A stretch of 64,000 nt of DNA from assembly GCA_001792535.1 (NCBI GenBank), contig MGGS01000018.1:3432-67431 (forward strand), written 5' to 3'. The stretch's first letter is position 1. The number at the start of each line of letters is the position of its first letter. The translations under genes were made by a program, and so were the position numbers. The notes under the pieces were generated by a model that was not told the origin of the DNA, ran no database searches, and saw only the letters and a program-made list of their open reading frames with translations. The DNA is from Candidatus Woesebacteria bacterium RIFCSPHIGHO2_02_FULL_42_20. Its GTDB lineage: Bacteria > Patescibacteriota > Microgenomatia > UBA8517. Below, in pieces: positions 9,568-19,612 of the stretch.

Positions 9568-10374
9568 ATGCTAATCGACAGGCTGCAACAGGAAATGAAA
9601 ATTGCCGGTTTTAGCCCCAGATCAATTAAATCATACTCCATCTGCGCTCAAAAAATATACAGCCATTTCCAAAAACCCCTTAACCAAATTTCAGAAGATG
9701 AATTCAAAAGTTTCCTGGCAAAACTTGCCAACAAAAACTATTCTCCATACACCCTAAATCTGTATCACGCAACTTTTAAATATATTATCCGGAATATTTA
9801 CAAAAAACCTCTTGATTTCCGTTTCCCTTATGCAAAACGCCCCAAAAAACTGCCCGTGGTTTTATCAAGAAAAGAGATCACCATACTGATCAGTTCCCTT
9901 AATAACTCGAAACATAAAACTTTAATCGCCTTGGCTTACGGCGCAGGTTTGAGAGTAAGCGAGGTTATAAACTTAAAAGTAAGAGATATTGATCTTGAAG
10001 AATTAACAATTCACCTGAAACAAAGTAAGGGGGCAAAAGACAGAATAACAATTATGCCTGTAAAAATAAAAACTGATATCCAAAATCTTATTACGGGGAA
10101 AAAAGCGGGTGACCTGGTATTTGAAAGCGAGCGTGGGGGAAAAATCACAACCAGAACCGCGCAAAAAGTTTTTTCAAATGCCCTTAAAAAAGTAGGTATT
10201 AAAAAACCGGCCACGTTCCATTCATTAAGACACAGTTTTGCCACACACTTACTGGAAAATGGGGTTGACGTCCGCTATGTACAGGAACTTCTGGGCCACG
10301 CCAATATCAGAACAACCCAAGTGTATACTAAAGTCACTAATCCAAAATTAAAAAATATAAAAAGTCCATTATGA
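9568..10374 (+). CDS. tyrosine site-specific recombinase (XerC/XerD-like integrase family)
   Basis: C-terminal HSLRHSFATHLLENGVDVRYVQELLGHANIRTTQVYTKV (HxxR...Y catalytic motifs); N-terminal SAM-like domain; 4-nt overlap with trmD. Confidence 0.85.
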   Translation: MLIDRLQQEMKIAGFSPRSIKSYSICAQKIYSHFQKPLNQISEDEFKSFLAKLANKNYSPYTLNLYHATFKYIIRNIYKKPLDFRFPYAKRPKKLPVVLSRKEITILISSLNNSKHKTLIALAYGAGLRVSEVINLKVRDIDLEELTIHLKQSKGAKDRITIMPVKIKTDIQNLITGKKAGDLVFESERGGKITTRTAQKVFSNALKKVGIKKPATFHSLRHSFATHLLENGVDVRYVQELLGHANIRTTQVYTKVTNPKLKNIKSPL

Positions 10375-11042
10375 AAATCGAGGTCGTTACACTTTTTCCT
10401 AAAATGTTTGTGGGTCCTTTTGATGAAAGCATCATAAAAAGGGCTCGGGAAAAAGGACTGGTCGAAATAGTTATTCACGATATTCGCAAATGGGCAAAAG
10501 ACCGCCACAAGTCGGTAGACGACCGTCCATACGGCGGCGGTGTGGGCATGATACTCAAGGTCGAGCCGGTTTATGAAGCGCTAAAAGAACTGAAGTCAAA
10601 AAACTCTAAAATTATTTTACTTACCCCACAGGGCAAAACATTCAACCAAACTTTAGCCAGAAAATTGTCCAAATTTCAACACTTAATTCTCATTGCCGGT
10701 CATTACGAAGGCTATGATGAGCGGATCAGAAAACATCTCGTTGACGAAGAAATTTCCATCGGGGACTATGTTTTGACCGGCGGAGAACTTCCGGCAATGG
10801 TTCTCGTTGACGCTGTCGCACGTCTTGTCCCAAAAGTTTTGGTCAAGCCTGAAGCACTAAGACATGAAAGTTTTAATCAAAACCAAGGTTTAGACTATCC
10901 TCAGTTCACAAGACCTGAAAAATTCCAAGGCTGGAGGGTACCAAAAGTTTTACTTTCCGGAAATCACAAAGAAATTGAAAAATGGAGAAAAAAAGAGTCT
11001 TTTAAAACAACTAAAAAAAATCGGCCTGATTTAATTAAATAA
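10371..11042 (+). CDS. trmD: tRNA (guanine37-N1)-methyltransferase
   Basis: MKIEVVTLFPKMF...GDYVLTGGELPAMVLVDAVARL: SPOUT TrmD signature. Confidence 0.9.
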   Translation: MKIEVVTLFPKMFVGPFDESIIKRAREKGLVEIVIHDIRKWAKDRHKSVDDRPYGGGVGMILKVEPVYEALKELKSKNSKIILLTPQGKTFNQTLARKLSKFQHLILIAGHYEGYDERIRKHLVDEEISIGDYVLTGGELPAMVLVDAVARLVPKVLVKPEALRHESFNQNQGLDYPQFTRPEKFQGWRVPKVLLSGNHKEIEKWRKKESFKTTKKNRPDLIK

Positions 11043-11044
11043 AG

Positions 11045-12049
11045 TCATATCTGACCTGTTTTTCTGTATAAATTTTCTGCTTTTGCCTTCAAGGGCCTCC
11101 ACCACCAAGTGTTTTTCTTATACCAGTCAATAGTTTTGGAAAGCCATTTATCAAAATCGTATTTTGGCTGCCAACCTAGAGTCTTTAATTTTGTAGAATC
11201 TATGGCATACTTTCTATCGTGGCCGCTTCTGTCTTTAACAAATTTAATATACTTTTTATCCAAACCAAAAAAACCAACTATCAGTCGAGCCACATCATAA
11301 TTAGTTAACTCCTTACTGCTTCCACCCACTAAATAAGTCTCACCAATCTTACCTTTAGTAATTACCAAATCAATCGCACTACAATAATCTTCGACATAAA
11401 GCCAATTGCGGATATTATCACCTTTGCCATATAACTTAATTGGGGTATTTTCAATCAAATTTGTAATTGCACGCGGCATAAACTTTTCAGGGTCTTGACA
11501 AGGCCCGTAGTTATTGGCTCCATTGGTAATAGTTACAGGCAAGCCGAAAGTGTAGTGATATGCTCTAACCAAATGATCCGACGCAGCTTTACTCGCGGCG
11601 TAAGGACTGTGTGGATTATAAAGCGTGTCTTCTCTGAACTTATGTTTCGAATTTAAAGGCAAGTCACCAAACACTTCATCGGTTGAGACGTGATGAAATC
11701 TTTTTACTTTTACCCTTAAGGCTGCATCAAGTAAAACTTGCGTTCCCAGCACATTTGTTCTGGAAAAAATTGTCGGGTCTGTGATTGACCTGTCCACATG
11801 ACTTTCGGCAGCAAAATGGACAACAATATCCACGTTTTTCATGCATTTCGCGACAATCTCTGGATAGCAGATGTCACCTTTCACGAAAGAGTAATTTTTG
11901 TTTTCGTCGAAATCTATTGTTGAAGAAAGATGTCCAGCATAGGTCAATTTATCCAGATTTAGGACTTTATCACCGTGATATTTCTTTAGCCAATAGCAAA
12001 TAAAGTTACTGCCAATAAACCCGCATCCACCGGTTACGAGTAATCGCAT
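11045..12049 (-). CDS. rfbB: dTDP-glucose 4,6-dehydratase
   Basis: MRLLVTGGCGFIGSNF Rossmann motif, YxxxK, extended-SDR; adjacent to a sugar nucleotidyltransferase. Confidence 0.85.
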   Translation of the reverse strand: MRLLVTGGCGFIGSNFICYWLKKYHGDKVLNLDKLTYAGHLSSTIDFDENKNYSFVKGDICYPEIVAKCMKNVDIVVHFAAESHVDRSITDPTIFSRTNVLGTQVLLDAALRVKVKRFHHVSTDEVFGDLPLNSKHKFREDTLYNPHSPYAASKAASDHLVRAYHYTFGLPVTITNGANNYGPCQDPEKFMPRAITNLIENTPIKLYGKGDNIRNWLYVEDYCSAIDLVITKGKIGETYLVGGSSKELTNYDVARLIVGFFGLDKKYIKFVKDRSGHDRKYAIDSTKLKTLGWQPKYDFDKWLSKTIDWYKKNTWWWRPLKAKAENLYRKTGQI

Positions 12050-12772
12050 TTATTCGTTCTTTTTCTTTGCCCAATACCAATTAGCCAAAAATAAAGTATC
12101 AAAGGTTCCTGCGTCATCCCAAAAACCCTTCAGTTCGGAATGTTTTAGGCTCCCCTCTTTTAGATATAAATTATTTACGTCGGTTATTTCTACCTCGCCA
12201 CGCCTGGAAGGCTTTACTTTATTAATCTTGTTAAAAACCGTGTTATCATATAAATAAAGTCCGGTTACTGCAAATTTCGATTTTGGCTTTTGCGGCTTTT
12301 CTTCGATCTTTAAAATCTCTCCTTTTGAGTCAAAAACCGGAACTCCAAACCTTTGCGGGTCAGGGACTTTTCTGAGAAATATGTGCGCACCGCCGGCAAA
12401 GCTATCGACATCTTTTTTAATTTTTACATCCGTACAGTTGTCACCCAAAATCACGCAAATACTATCTTTGTCGGCAAAGTCGCAAGCAAGTGACAATGCT
12501 TGCGCTATTCCACCCTCATCCTCCTGATAAACGTACTCCAAATGCTTAATTCCAAGCTCATTGCCATTTTTAAGTACCCTCAAAAAGTGTCCCGCGTACG
12601 GGCCTCCGATAACTAACAAAATTTCGTCAATCATCGCATCGACCAATGTTTTTAGTGGGTAAAAGACCATCGGCCGGTTGTAAACAGGAAGAAGATGTTT
12701 ATTTGTAACGTAAGTCAAGGGATAAAGCCTTGTACCAAGCCCTCCTGCCAAAACCACACCTTTCATAAACAT
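12050..12772 (-). CDS. sugar-phosphate nucleotidyltransferase (glucose-1-phosphate thymidylyltransferase-like, short form)
   Basis: MKGVVLAGGLGTRLYPLT N-terminal signature; 240 aa. Confidence 0.7.
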   Translation of the reverse strand: MFMKGVVLAGGLGTRLYPLTYVTNKHLLPVYNRPMVFYPLKTLVDAMIDEILLVIGGPYAGHFLRVLKNGNELGIKHLEYVYQEDEGGIAQALSLACDFADKDSICVILGDNCTDVKIKKDVDSFAGGAHIFLRKVPDPQRFGVPVFDSKGEILKIEEKPQKPKSKFAVTGLYLYDNTVFNKINKVKPSRRGEVEITDVNNLYLKEGSLKHSELKGFWDDAGTFDTLFLANWYWAKKKNE

Positions 12773-12851
12773 TCATATTGTAACATTAATTAACATAATT
12801 CTTCGATACAAACTTTGCTTTCAACAGCAAGACTGGAATATAATTCGAGAT

Positions 12852-13928
12852 ATGAAAAGGCCAGCAAAGGACTCAAAAGGATTACAAAAAATAACTTCCC
12901 TACAAGCATGGAGTGAACTTACAGAGAAATATTTTGGAAGAAAACTTAGAATAGAAGAAAGGAAAGATCGGGAACACATCTACAGGTTCCTCAGGGAAAT
13001 GGAACTCCCTTCCGAAAAATTCATCGCATTTCCCTCTGGAGATAAGTTGCAAAAAGATGAGTTTCTCAAGGCTATTGGCAATTTAGGTTTCCCATATTGG
13101 GTTAGTGCTACCCCAAAACTAGGAACGACCAACTTAAATAGACTTTCAAAATTAAGGCTTGAGTCCACACAAGAAGGTTGGAAATTTATACAATCTGTCC
13201 CCAGATTAAAAGATTACAAAATCATCGCCATGCAATACGCGGACAACCCGGAGTTTAAAGGAAGTGTAATCGTCTCAAAAAATTTAAACGGTGTAGCCGA
13301 TTTTGTAATTGGCGATAAGCATGTCCAACTAACATCGGGTTTAACCATAACCGATCCAATGCTTTTTGATTCACAACAAATTATTCACTATTCAAATATA
13401 ATCGGGAACGAATATCAAGATTTACTCTACTCTTATATTTCCACTCACCCAGGCCATTTCGAATTTCAGTACGGGACAATAGACAAAAGAAAAGGGTTAT
13501 CGTTTTTCGACTACAACGACGAGCTTGCTTATGAAGACATAGATAAAATATTCCAAGATTTAGTTACTTACCACGATCTCAACTTACCCCAAAACAATAA
13601 TAATTGTTTATTGACAGGTATTCCTGCCAGTCTGGGAAAAGTTCAAGGAAAATGTAAAATTGTAATGAGTACGGATATAGAAAACTATAGCAAAGTCCGA
13701 AACGGAGACATTTTGGTGTCGGAAGCAACAACTCCTGAAATGACTCCGCTCATGAAAAGAGTTTCAGCAATTGTTACTGACTTGGGAGGCGTCACTTCTC
13801 ATGCAGCTATTGTTTGTAGAGAGCTTAATATTCCTTGCATAGTCGGAACCAAAAAGGGAACTTCTGTCCTGACAGACAATATGGAAGTTGAAGTTGACGC
13901 ATATAAAGGAACTGTAAAAGCTACTTGA
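12852..13928 (+). CDS. PEP-utilising-enzyme mobile (phosphohistidine) domain protein with an uncharacterised N-terminal domain
   Basis: C-terminal VSAIVTDLGGVTSHAAIVCRELNIPCIVGT is the PEP-utilizers phosphohistidine swivel motif. The N-terminal 240 aa have no recognised motif. Confidence 0.55.
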   Translation: MKRPAKDSKGLQKITSLQAWSELTEKYFGRKLRIEERKDREHIYRFLREMELPSEKFIAFPSGDKLQKDEFLKAIGNLGFPYWVSATPKLGTTNLNRLSKLRLESTQEGWKFIQSVPRLKDYKIIAMQYADNPEFKGSVIVSKNLNGVADFVIGDKHVQLTSGLTITDPMLFDSQQIIHYSNIIGNEYQDLLYSYISTHPGHFEFQYGTIDKRKGLSFFDYNDELAYEDIDKIFQDLVTYHDLNLPQNNNNCLLTGIPASLGKVQGKCKIVMSTDIENYSKVRNGDILVSEATTPEMTPLMKRVSAIVTDLGGVTSHAAIVCRELNIPCIVGTKKGTSVLTDNMEVEVDAYKGTVKAT

Positions 13929-13932
13929 TTAT

Positions 13933-14430
13933 CTACGTGTGCTTGTCGGCAACAGAGGACGCTCCCCAGGAATCGGGTTTTGTCTTTGCTTTAAAGCCAT
14001 TGCCGTTAACCATTCCGACAACTTCTTTTATCATGTCTCTTGTTGGCCCCAAAGGCCCAACGTCGACATGGATTTCCAAGTCGTATTTTGCTGGCGTAAT
14101 TGCCCGCCGCAACTGCGGAACTAACTCCCTTGCAATGTTCAGCGAAAGCAAAGTCTCTGTATAGATTTTATCCCTGAGTACCGGTTTTTTATAAATAATT
14201 TTCTTTTGCCAGAAATATCTGCCGCCTCGCCCCGTCCTATGGATAACAATTGCCGATATAAAGCGAATTTCAGCTACACCATTAAGCTGTTTTACTTGAG
14301 AATCGGTACCAATTACCAGCCTGTAAAAGCTCCCGGGTTCGCTTTGCACAAATTTTTTAATTTCGGCAATCATCCGGTTTGAAGACAGTCTCCCCATTGA
14401 AGGATTAAAAAAGAAGTTATTTTCTTGCAT
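13933..14430 (-). CDS. DUF458 (RNase H-like, YkuK-type) protein
   Basis: RLVIGTDSQ motif and overall size; start placed at the internal Met to avoid overlap with the upstream gene. Confidence 0.45.
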   Translation of the reverse strand: MQENNFFFNPSMGRLSSNRMIAEIKKFVQSEPGSFYRLVIGTDSQVKQLNGVAEIRFISAIVIHRTGRGGRYFWQKKIIYKKPVLRDKIYTETLLSLNIARELVPQLRRAITPAKYDLEIHVDVGPLGPTRDMIKEVVGMVNGNGFKAKTKPDSWGASSVADKHT

Positions 14431-14438
14431 TGCGGCAA

Positions 14439-14699
14439 TTATACCCGAAGAATAAGTGACAGGACAATCATAAGCCCCAAACTTGCTACAACCACGTATT
14501 CGATAACCACCTCGAGATACAAATCGCGGTGCGCGGAGTGATGCATTGCACCCCAAATAACATAGGCCGAAGCCACTGCAACCGAAATATAAATCTGAAA
14601 TATTCGATCATACGAAAAAACTATAAACCCAAGAGCGCCAGCCAGCAGAATTCCGATTAAGCCAAAATAATGCGGAAGATGTTTTGCAATTTTTTTCAC
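14439..14699 (-). CDS. small integral membrane protein
   Basis: 86 aa, three hydrophobic segments, 4-nt overlap with the upstream CAP-domain gene. Confidence 0.35.
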   Translation of the reverse strand: MKKIAKHLPHYFGLIGILLAGALGFIVFSYDRIFQIYISVAVASAYVIWGAMHHSAHRDLYLEVVIEYVVVASLGLMIVLSLILRV

Positions 14700-15562
14700 A
14701 AAATTTGCCCCGACTTAATAATCAGCACAACCAAAAGTATCATAGTGAGAAACGACATGTGTGCAACGCCGCGACCTGAAACCCTAAAAATTTTTCGCCT
14801 GTAAACTATGATTTCATCGACTGCAAATACACCTAAAAGCAGGCCTAGCACTGCAGTAGACATACCCTTTGTCGTGTCAAGTGGTGACAAAAGCGGTCCC
14901 CCACTAATTCTTTGCGAAGTTTGGACAGAAGCTATCAGGGCTTCGGGTTTTGGTTGTGGCCTAGTCTCAACGTTGGCTGCCTGCGCCGTCTTGGCTACAG
15001 GCGCAGCAAACAGTTGAACGACTAAGGTTGTATCCACCCCTGCCAAATCCCCCTCGACAACTGCCACCCCGATTTCTTCGTACTTGGGAGACAGCAAATT
15101 TTCCTTGTGGGACTGGGACGCCATCCAAGCATCGACGACCGATGAAGGGTTTGAAAAGTCCCTTGCAAGGTTTTCTCCGGCAAATCGGTACGTATAACCG
15201 TTGTTTTTAAAAAAATCCCAAGGTGTAACCCCATTTGGCGAGACATGGGCCCAGTAGTTGTGTTCCAGCATATCAACCGCCTTGTCACGAGCCGCAGAGG
15301 CAAGAGCCGAGTTAAAACTCAAAGGACCTAGCCCCGCTTCAACCCTTTTTTCATTCGTAAGCCTAACCACTTCCTCCATGGGTATGCTTGAAGCGAAACC
15401 CAAAACTTTCGGAAAAACAGACGACACACTCGAAAGCGTCAACTGATAAACAAAAAGGCAGGCAATAATGGCCATTAGTATTGGAGAATGCAATAATCTT
15501 GCTTTGTGGTTATTTGAATTTCTGGGAATCAGAAAATGGGCAGCATACTCAATAAACTTCAT
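14696..15562 (-). CDS. CAP/SCP (PR-1-like, YkwD-type) domain protein with C-terminal membrane anchor
   Basis: AAR...HNYWAHVSPNG...FAGENLA...VDAWMASQSHKENLL motifs of the CAP superfamily. Confidence 0.6.
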   Translation of the reverse strand: MKFIEYAAHFLIPRNSNNHKARLLHSPILMAIIACLFVYQLTLSSVSSVFPKVLGFASSIPMEEVVRLTNEKRVEAGLGPLSFNSALASAARDKAVDMLEHNYWAHVSPNGVTPWDFFKNNGYTYRFAGENLARDFSNPSSVVDAWMASQSHKENLLSPKYEEIGVAVVEGDLAGVDTTLVVQLFAAPVAKTAQAANVETRPQPKPEALIASVQTSQRISGGPLLSPLDTTKGMSTAVLGLLLGVFAVDEIIVYRRKIFRVSGRGVAHMSFLTMILLVVLIIKSGQIL

Positions 15563-15596
15563 TAATACATATTAATTCTGGTAAAATTAAAATGCA

Positions 15597-16865
15597 ATGA
15601 ACTTAATTACAAATTTCCTCAAAAGAATTCCAAAAAAACTGCATACACTTGCCGGGGTTCAACCCCAACCCAACACGCAACCAGCCGTACAACCCTGGGC
15701 TAAACCTAAAACAAAAATCCCAAAGATCTCAAAAAAAGCCTTAATTGTACTCGCAGTAGTAATACTAATTTTACTTCTGGTTAAGGCAGTAATTCCGTTT
15801 TTTGTACGTACAGTAGACCAAATCATTAATAAAGGCCAAGGTACCGCGCAAGCTTCGCCCACGCCTATTATATCCGAGCCAAAAGACGAGCCTGTGACTT
15901 TTTCGTGGGAAACTTACACAAATCAAAGGCTAAACTTTCAAGTCAGCGTACCAAGTAGTTGGGAACGAAAAGAATATGAACCTAAGAGTGCGACCACCAA
16001 TCAAGCCACTGTCGCATTCGACCCCAAGAAACTGCCGGACAAATACATTTTTGCCAGATCGTATTATGCGGTTATCGTAACTCCGGTTGGCGTCAAGGAA
16101 GAATTTAACAAACATAAAAATTTAATTGAAAGTATCGGTACTGACTCAATTACGGAAACTTTTCTGGACGGGATTCGGGGCGCCGATACGGGAAGCTTTA
16201 TTACGGTGGAACACAAAGGGTATATCTACGAACTCGTCTTAAAGTCGGTAAGAAGCGACGAGGGCAAGTTTGTTTATACCCAGATATCAAAAAGAGTAAT
16301 TTCATCATTTAAATTCCTCGACGAGCAAAACGCCCCCAACCAGCTGGGGGACATAAGAATCGATGACGGCAATGTAGTTGGAGTAGATCAAAATGGCAAA
16401 AAAACAGTTTTAATCAACAAGAGCAAATTTACAGGCGATGGGATAAAAAACTTCAGCGAAGTAAAAGTATCCCCTGACGGCTCTTTAATGTGTTTTATCG
16501 GAAACACAGACTCACCAGCTACTTTTCTTTATTACTCTGACGTTGGCGGCAAGACACCTTTCAGAATTACTGGCGGAAAAAATTGCGTCTGGTCACACGA
16601 CAGCGGGAAAATAGCTTTCAATAACGTTGTCAGCGATGTCTCACCTGTTGACGTCTTCATCTTTATTATTAATTCAAAGGACCTAAAAAACATCACTCGG
16701 ATTGTTGGTGGAGAATTCATCAGATTCTACGAAATTCCCGAATGGAGCCAGGATGATAATTTTATCGTCAGCAATTTCACAGCTTTTGACCCGAGTGGAA
16801 CTTTGCAAAGCTACACAGGCTCATCGGCAATTAATGCTACAACCGGAGAAGTAGTCGACAAATAA
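15597..16865 (+). CDS. membrane-anchored hypothetical protein with TolB-like beta-propeller-type repeats
   Basis: N-terminal TM; C-terminal repeats (VSPDGSLMCFIGN, WSHDSGKIAFNN). Confidence 0.35.
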   Translation: MNLITNFLKRIPKKLHTLAGVQPQPNTQPAVQPWAKPKTKIPKISKKALIVLAVVILILLLVKAVIPFFVRTVDQIINKGQGTAQASPTPIISEPKDEPVTFSWETYTNQRLNFQVSVPSSWERKEYEPKSATTNQATVAFDPKKLPDKYIFARSYYAVIVTPVGVKEEFNKHKNLIESIGTDSITETFLDGIRGADTGSFITVEHKGYIYELVLKSVRSDEGKFVYTQISKRVISSFKFLDEQNAPNQLGDIRIDDGNVVGVDQNGKKTVLINKSKFTGDGIKNFSEVKVSPDGSLMCFIGNTDSPATFLYYSDVGGKTPFRITGGKNCVWSHDSGKIAFNNVVSDVSPVDVFIFIINSKDLKNITRIVGGEFIRFYEIPEWSQDDNFIVSNFTAFDPSGTLQSYTGSSAINATTGEVVDK

Positions 16866-16867
16866 CT

Positions 16868-18520
16868 TCAGTCGTACAACTTTTGCTTATAGTCTTCAAG
16901 GGTTTTACGAATGTCAAAGCGCTCTGAAAGCTCTATTGAATTTCGCATTTTTTTGACCCAGCCGATAGGCATACCTTCTTCACTTCTATTGTAAAACTGG
17001 GGCAGGACCTCTTTGTCAAGCAAAGTGTAAAAGCTTTCGGCCAAGTTAGCATCGTCCAATATCCACCCCGCATCACTTAAGTCGACTTCGGCCACCCAAC
17101 CATCCTTGGTGGTCAAATTAAGCACCCCATTAGCCAGCGCTTTCATGCCCGAAGTACCGCAGGCTTCCTGGCCCACAATGGGAGTGTTAAGCCAAACGTC
17201 CACACCGGCAACCATTTTGCGGGCAAGCTCAAGGTCATAGTTGGGAACAAAAATCGCGTTACCCGAAAGCTCACCCTTCATAAAGCCAATCACTTTTTTA
17301 ATTGCCTCAACAGCCGCAGCATCGCCCACATGGGCTTTTCCGGCAAGCAAAATCTGGACTTCGCGCCCTTCGCTTTTAATCAATCGTGAAAGTCGCAAGA
17401 CATCCTCAAATATCCCTTCAAACCTTTTATAATCGGCAATCCTCCTCGCCCAGCCGACAACCAGCCTTTTCGGGTTATATCCAAAACCGGTCCGTTCAAT
17501 TACCTCCCGAAGCAAGGTGTCTTTAAGTTTGATGTGGTTTAGCCATAAATCACTATCCCCTACGCTCTTATCTGCAAACTTATAATTCTGCCACGTACCC
17601 ATATGCACCCCGTTTGTGACATAGGACCAATTCCCCTTCCAGTAGTCAATACAAAAGTCAAAATGTAACTTACTCACCGCTGTTGCTTTCCTGCTACTTG
17701 CCAACGCATATCTCGTGATACCGAAGCCTGCCTGCGCAGACTGGCCCTTATTTTCAGGCTCCTTTCCTTCTTTAATTAGAAGCTGCAGATCAACATTAAT
17801 TCCCTGCGCGTACTTCTGGGCGTAACGTTCGACCAAATTCAAATCATAAACAAGATTACCCGACGGCATAAGCGTATGGTTTGTATAAACTATTTTCGTG
17901 CGGGCTTGGACCAGCGCTTTTTCAAAGCTCACTTTTTTCTCCCCGGCGATTTGCCTGGCAACTTCCCAAACGGCAAAACAAGGTCTACCTTCATTGAAGT
18001 GGTATACGGACGGTTTTATCCCAAGAGTTTTAAGCAGTTTTACACCACCCAGTCCCAGAATTAATTGCTGCCTTAGCTCGACATCCGCTCCGCAGCAATA
18101 GTCCGAGTCCAGCGCGTACCTCCATTCATCGCTATTCTCTTCAATATCGGTTGTCAAAAAGTAAACGGTTGTAACTTCCCCTAATCTCAGTTGATATGCC
18201 GCAACGAAAACTTTTTCACCTAAGTCAATCTCAACCATTACGGGTTTGCCACGCAAGGTTACTCTCCGCAGCGACATCGACGTTTCGGGATCAAATCCCG
18301 CATTTTCCTCAACCTGTAAACCATCTTGGGTAATTTTTTGGACAAAAAATATACCCTTATATATAAGGCCTATACCTATTAAAGGAAAGTTTTCCTCACT
18401 AGCAGCTTTTACCAAATCTCCCGCTAAGACACCAAGCCCACCAGCATAAGTAGGGATTTTAGCGTCAACGGCAAACTCCGCACAAAAATACGCTACCGGA
18501 AAGTCCTTTCGGGCAGTCAT
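16868..18520 (-). CDS. alpha-glucan (glycogen/maltodextrin) phosphorylase, GT35 short form
   Basis: FCAEFAVDAKIPTYAGGLGVLAGD N-terminus and GTSGMKALANG PLP-lysine motif. Confidence 0.85.
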   Translation of the reverse strand: MTARKDFPVAYFCAEFAVDAKIPTYAGGLGVLAGDLVKAASEENFPLIGIGLIYKGIFFVQKITQDGLQVEENAGFDPETSMSLRRVTLRGKPVMVEIDLGEKVFVAAYQLRLGEVTTVYFLTTDIEENSDEWRYALDSDYCCGADVELRQQLILGLGGVKLLKTLGIKPSVYHFNEGRPCFAVWEVARQIAGEKKVSFEKALVQARTKIVYTNHTLMPSGNLVYDLNLVERYAQKYAQGINVDLQLLIKEGKEPENKGQSAQAGFGITRYALASSRKATAVSKLHFDFCIDYWKGNWSYVTNGVHMGTWQNYKFADKSVGDSDLWLNHIKLKDTLLREVIERTGFGYNPKRLVVGWARRIADYKRFEGIFEDVLRLSRLIKSEGREVQILLAGKAHVGDAAAVEAIKKVIGFMKGELSGNAIFVPNYDLELARKMVAGVDVWLNTPIVGQEACGTSGMKALANGVLNLTTKDGWVAEVDLSDAGWILDDANLAESFYTLLDKEVLPQFYNRSEEGMPIGWVKKMRNSIELSERFDIRKTLEDYKQKLYD

Positions 18521-18539
18521 ATTTTAATCGTATCAAAAA

Positions 18540-18905
18540 GTGTTACAATTAGCCAAAGTGCTCGAGATAATAAGAATTCCTCAGGGAAAAGTTTTTATAA
18601 AACAGACGAGTAGCCAGGTCAGCGAAGGACTGCTGCAACTTGACCCCGGCCAAGAAATTTCGGGCCACAACAGGCCAATTTTTGAAGAACTGGAACAACT
18701 TATGGGGGAGAGTCTAATTAAAATCTATGACGGTACAGCAGTTATTATGGAAAAACGCCTCAAGCCGGGCGATCGTTATACAATCCCCTGGAACAAAACA
18801 CACACTCATGCAAATGAAGGGTTGGAGCCATCGATTCTTAAATGGAGATTCCAAGGCGACGCCATAGACATCGTAAACCTAATCCGCATAAATTACGGCA
18901 GCTGA
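18540..18905 (+). CDS. cupin-fold protein
   Basis: LDPGQEISGHNRP...GDRYTIPWNKTHTHANEG resembles the two cupin motifs. Confidence 0.4.
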   Translation: MLQLAKVLEIIRIPQGKVFIKQTSSQVSEGLLQLDPGQEISGHNRPIFEELEQLMGESLIKIYDGTAVIMEKRLKPGDRYTIPWNKTHTHANEGLEPSILKWRFQGDAIDIVNLIRINYGS

Positions 18906-18934
18906 TTACTATTACATCCGATTAAAATACACCG

Positions 18935-19234
18935 ATGCCTGAAGAAACTTCACTTGAATCCGCAGCAAACACTATAGAAACAATTAAGACAAGAAGTGTT
19001 TCTGAGAACGAGTATTTCCATGAAGCTCTAGATCCCTCTACTTTTGTAAAGATAAAACAGGGAGATTGGCAGGAACTCAACGCTGGCACACAAATTGTAA
19101 ATGAAGGTGCGGGACCATGCTTAATAATATATGTAATCAACAAACGTGACGGCACTGTAATTTCTGGCCATTTCCCCGACATGAACAAAGAAAGACAGGA
19201 CATGTTCCTTCAAGATAAAATTGCAAACCTTTAA
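18935..19234 (+). CDS. hypothetical protein
   Basis: 99-aa ORF co-oriented with its neighbours; an antisense ORF overlaps it. Confidence 0.25.
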   Translation: MPEETSLESAANTIETIKTRSVSENEYFHEALDPSTFVKIKQGDWQELNAGTQIVNEGAGPCLIIYVINKRDGTVISGHFPDMNKERQDMFLQDKIANL

Positions 19235-19612
19235 AAAGCGTTAAGACAAAACGATGGTGCTAAGTTAAAAGTTCACCAGCCAAAAGAAATAAAGCCCGCC
19301 AGAGATCCACAATATCAAAGATATTTAGATTTGCTTGACAGGCTTAAAGAATTAAGCAAAAATCAAGCCGCGGGCCTGGAAGTTCATCTATTTGGTCAAA
19401 ATCTTTGGGTTACTCCCGGTGAAAAGCAAGCAATGGTTCAACAACTTACTGAGAATATTATCGACCAACACAATGTTAATATTGACCTAGAGAGAACGGG
19501 GATTCCCCCAATTAATATTCATGATCACCGAGAACTCGGTGAATCCGAAGGAGTAACTCACACTACATATCTCCCTGAAGATGGATCAATTCTTGTATAC
19601 ACAAGAGTAAAA

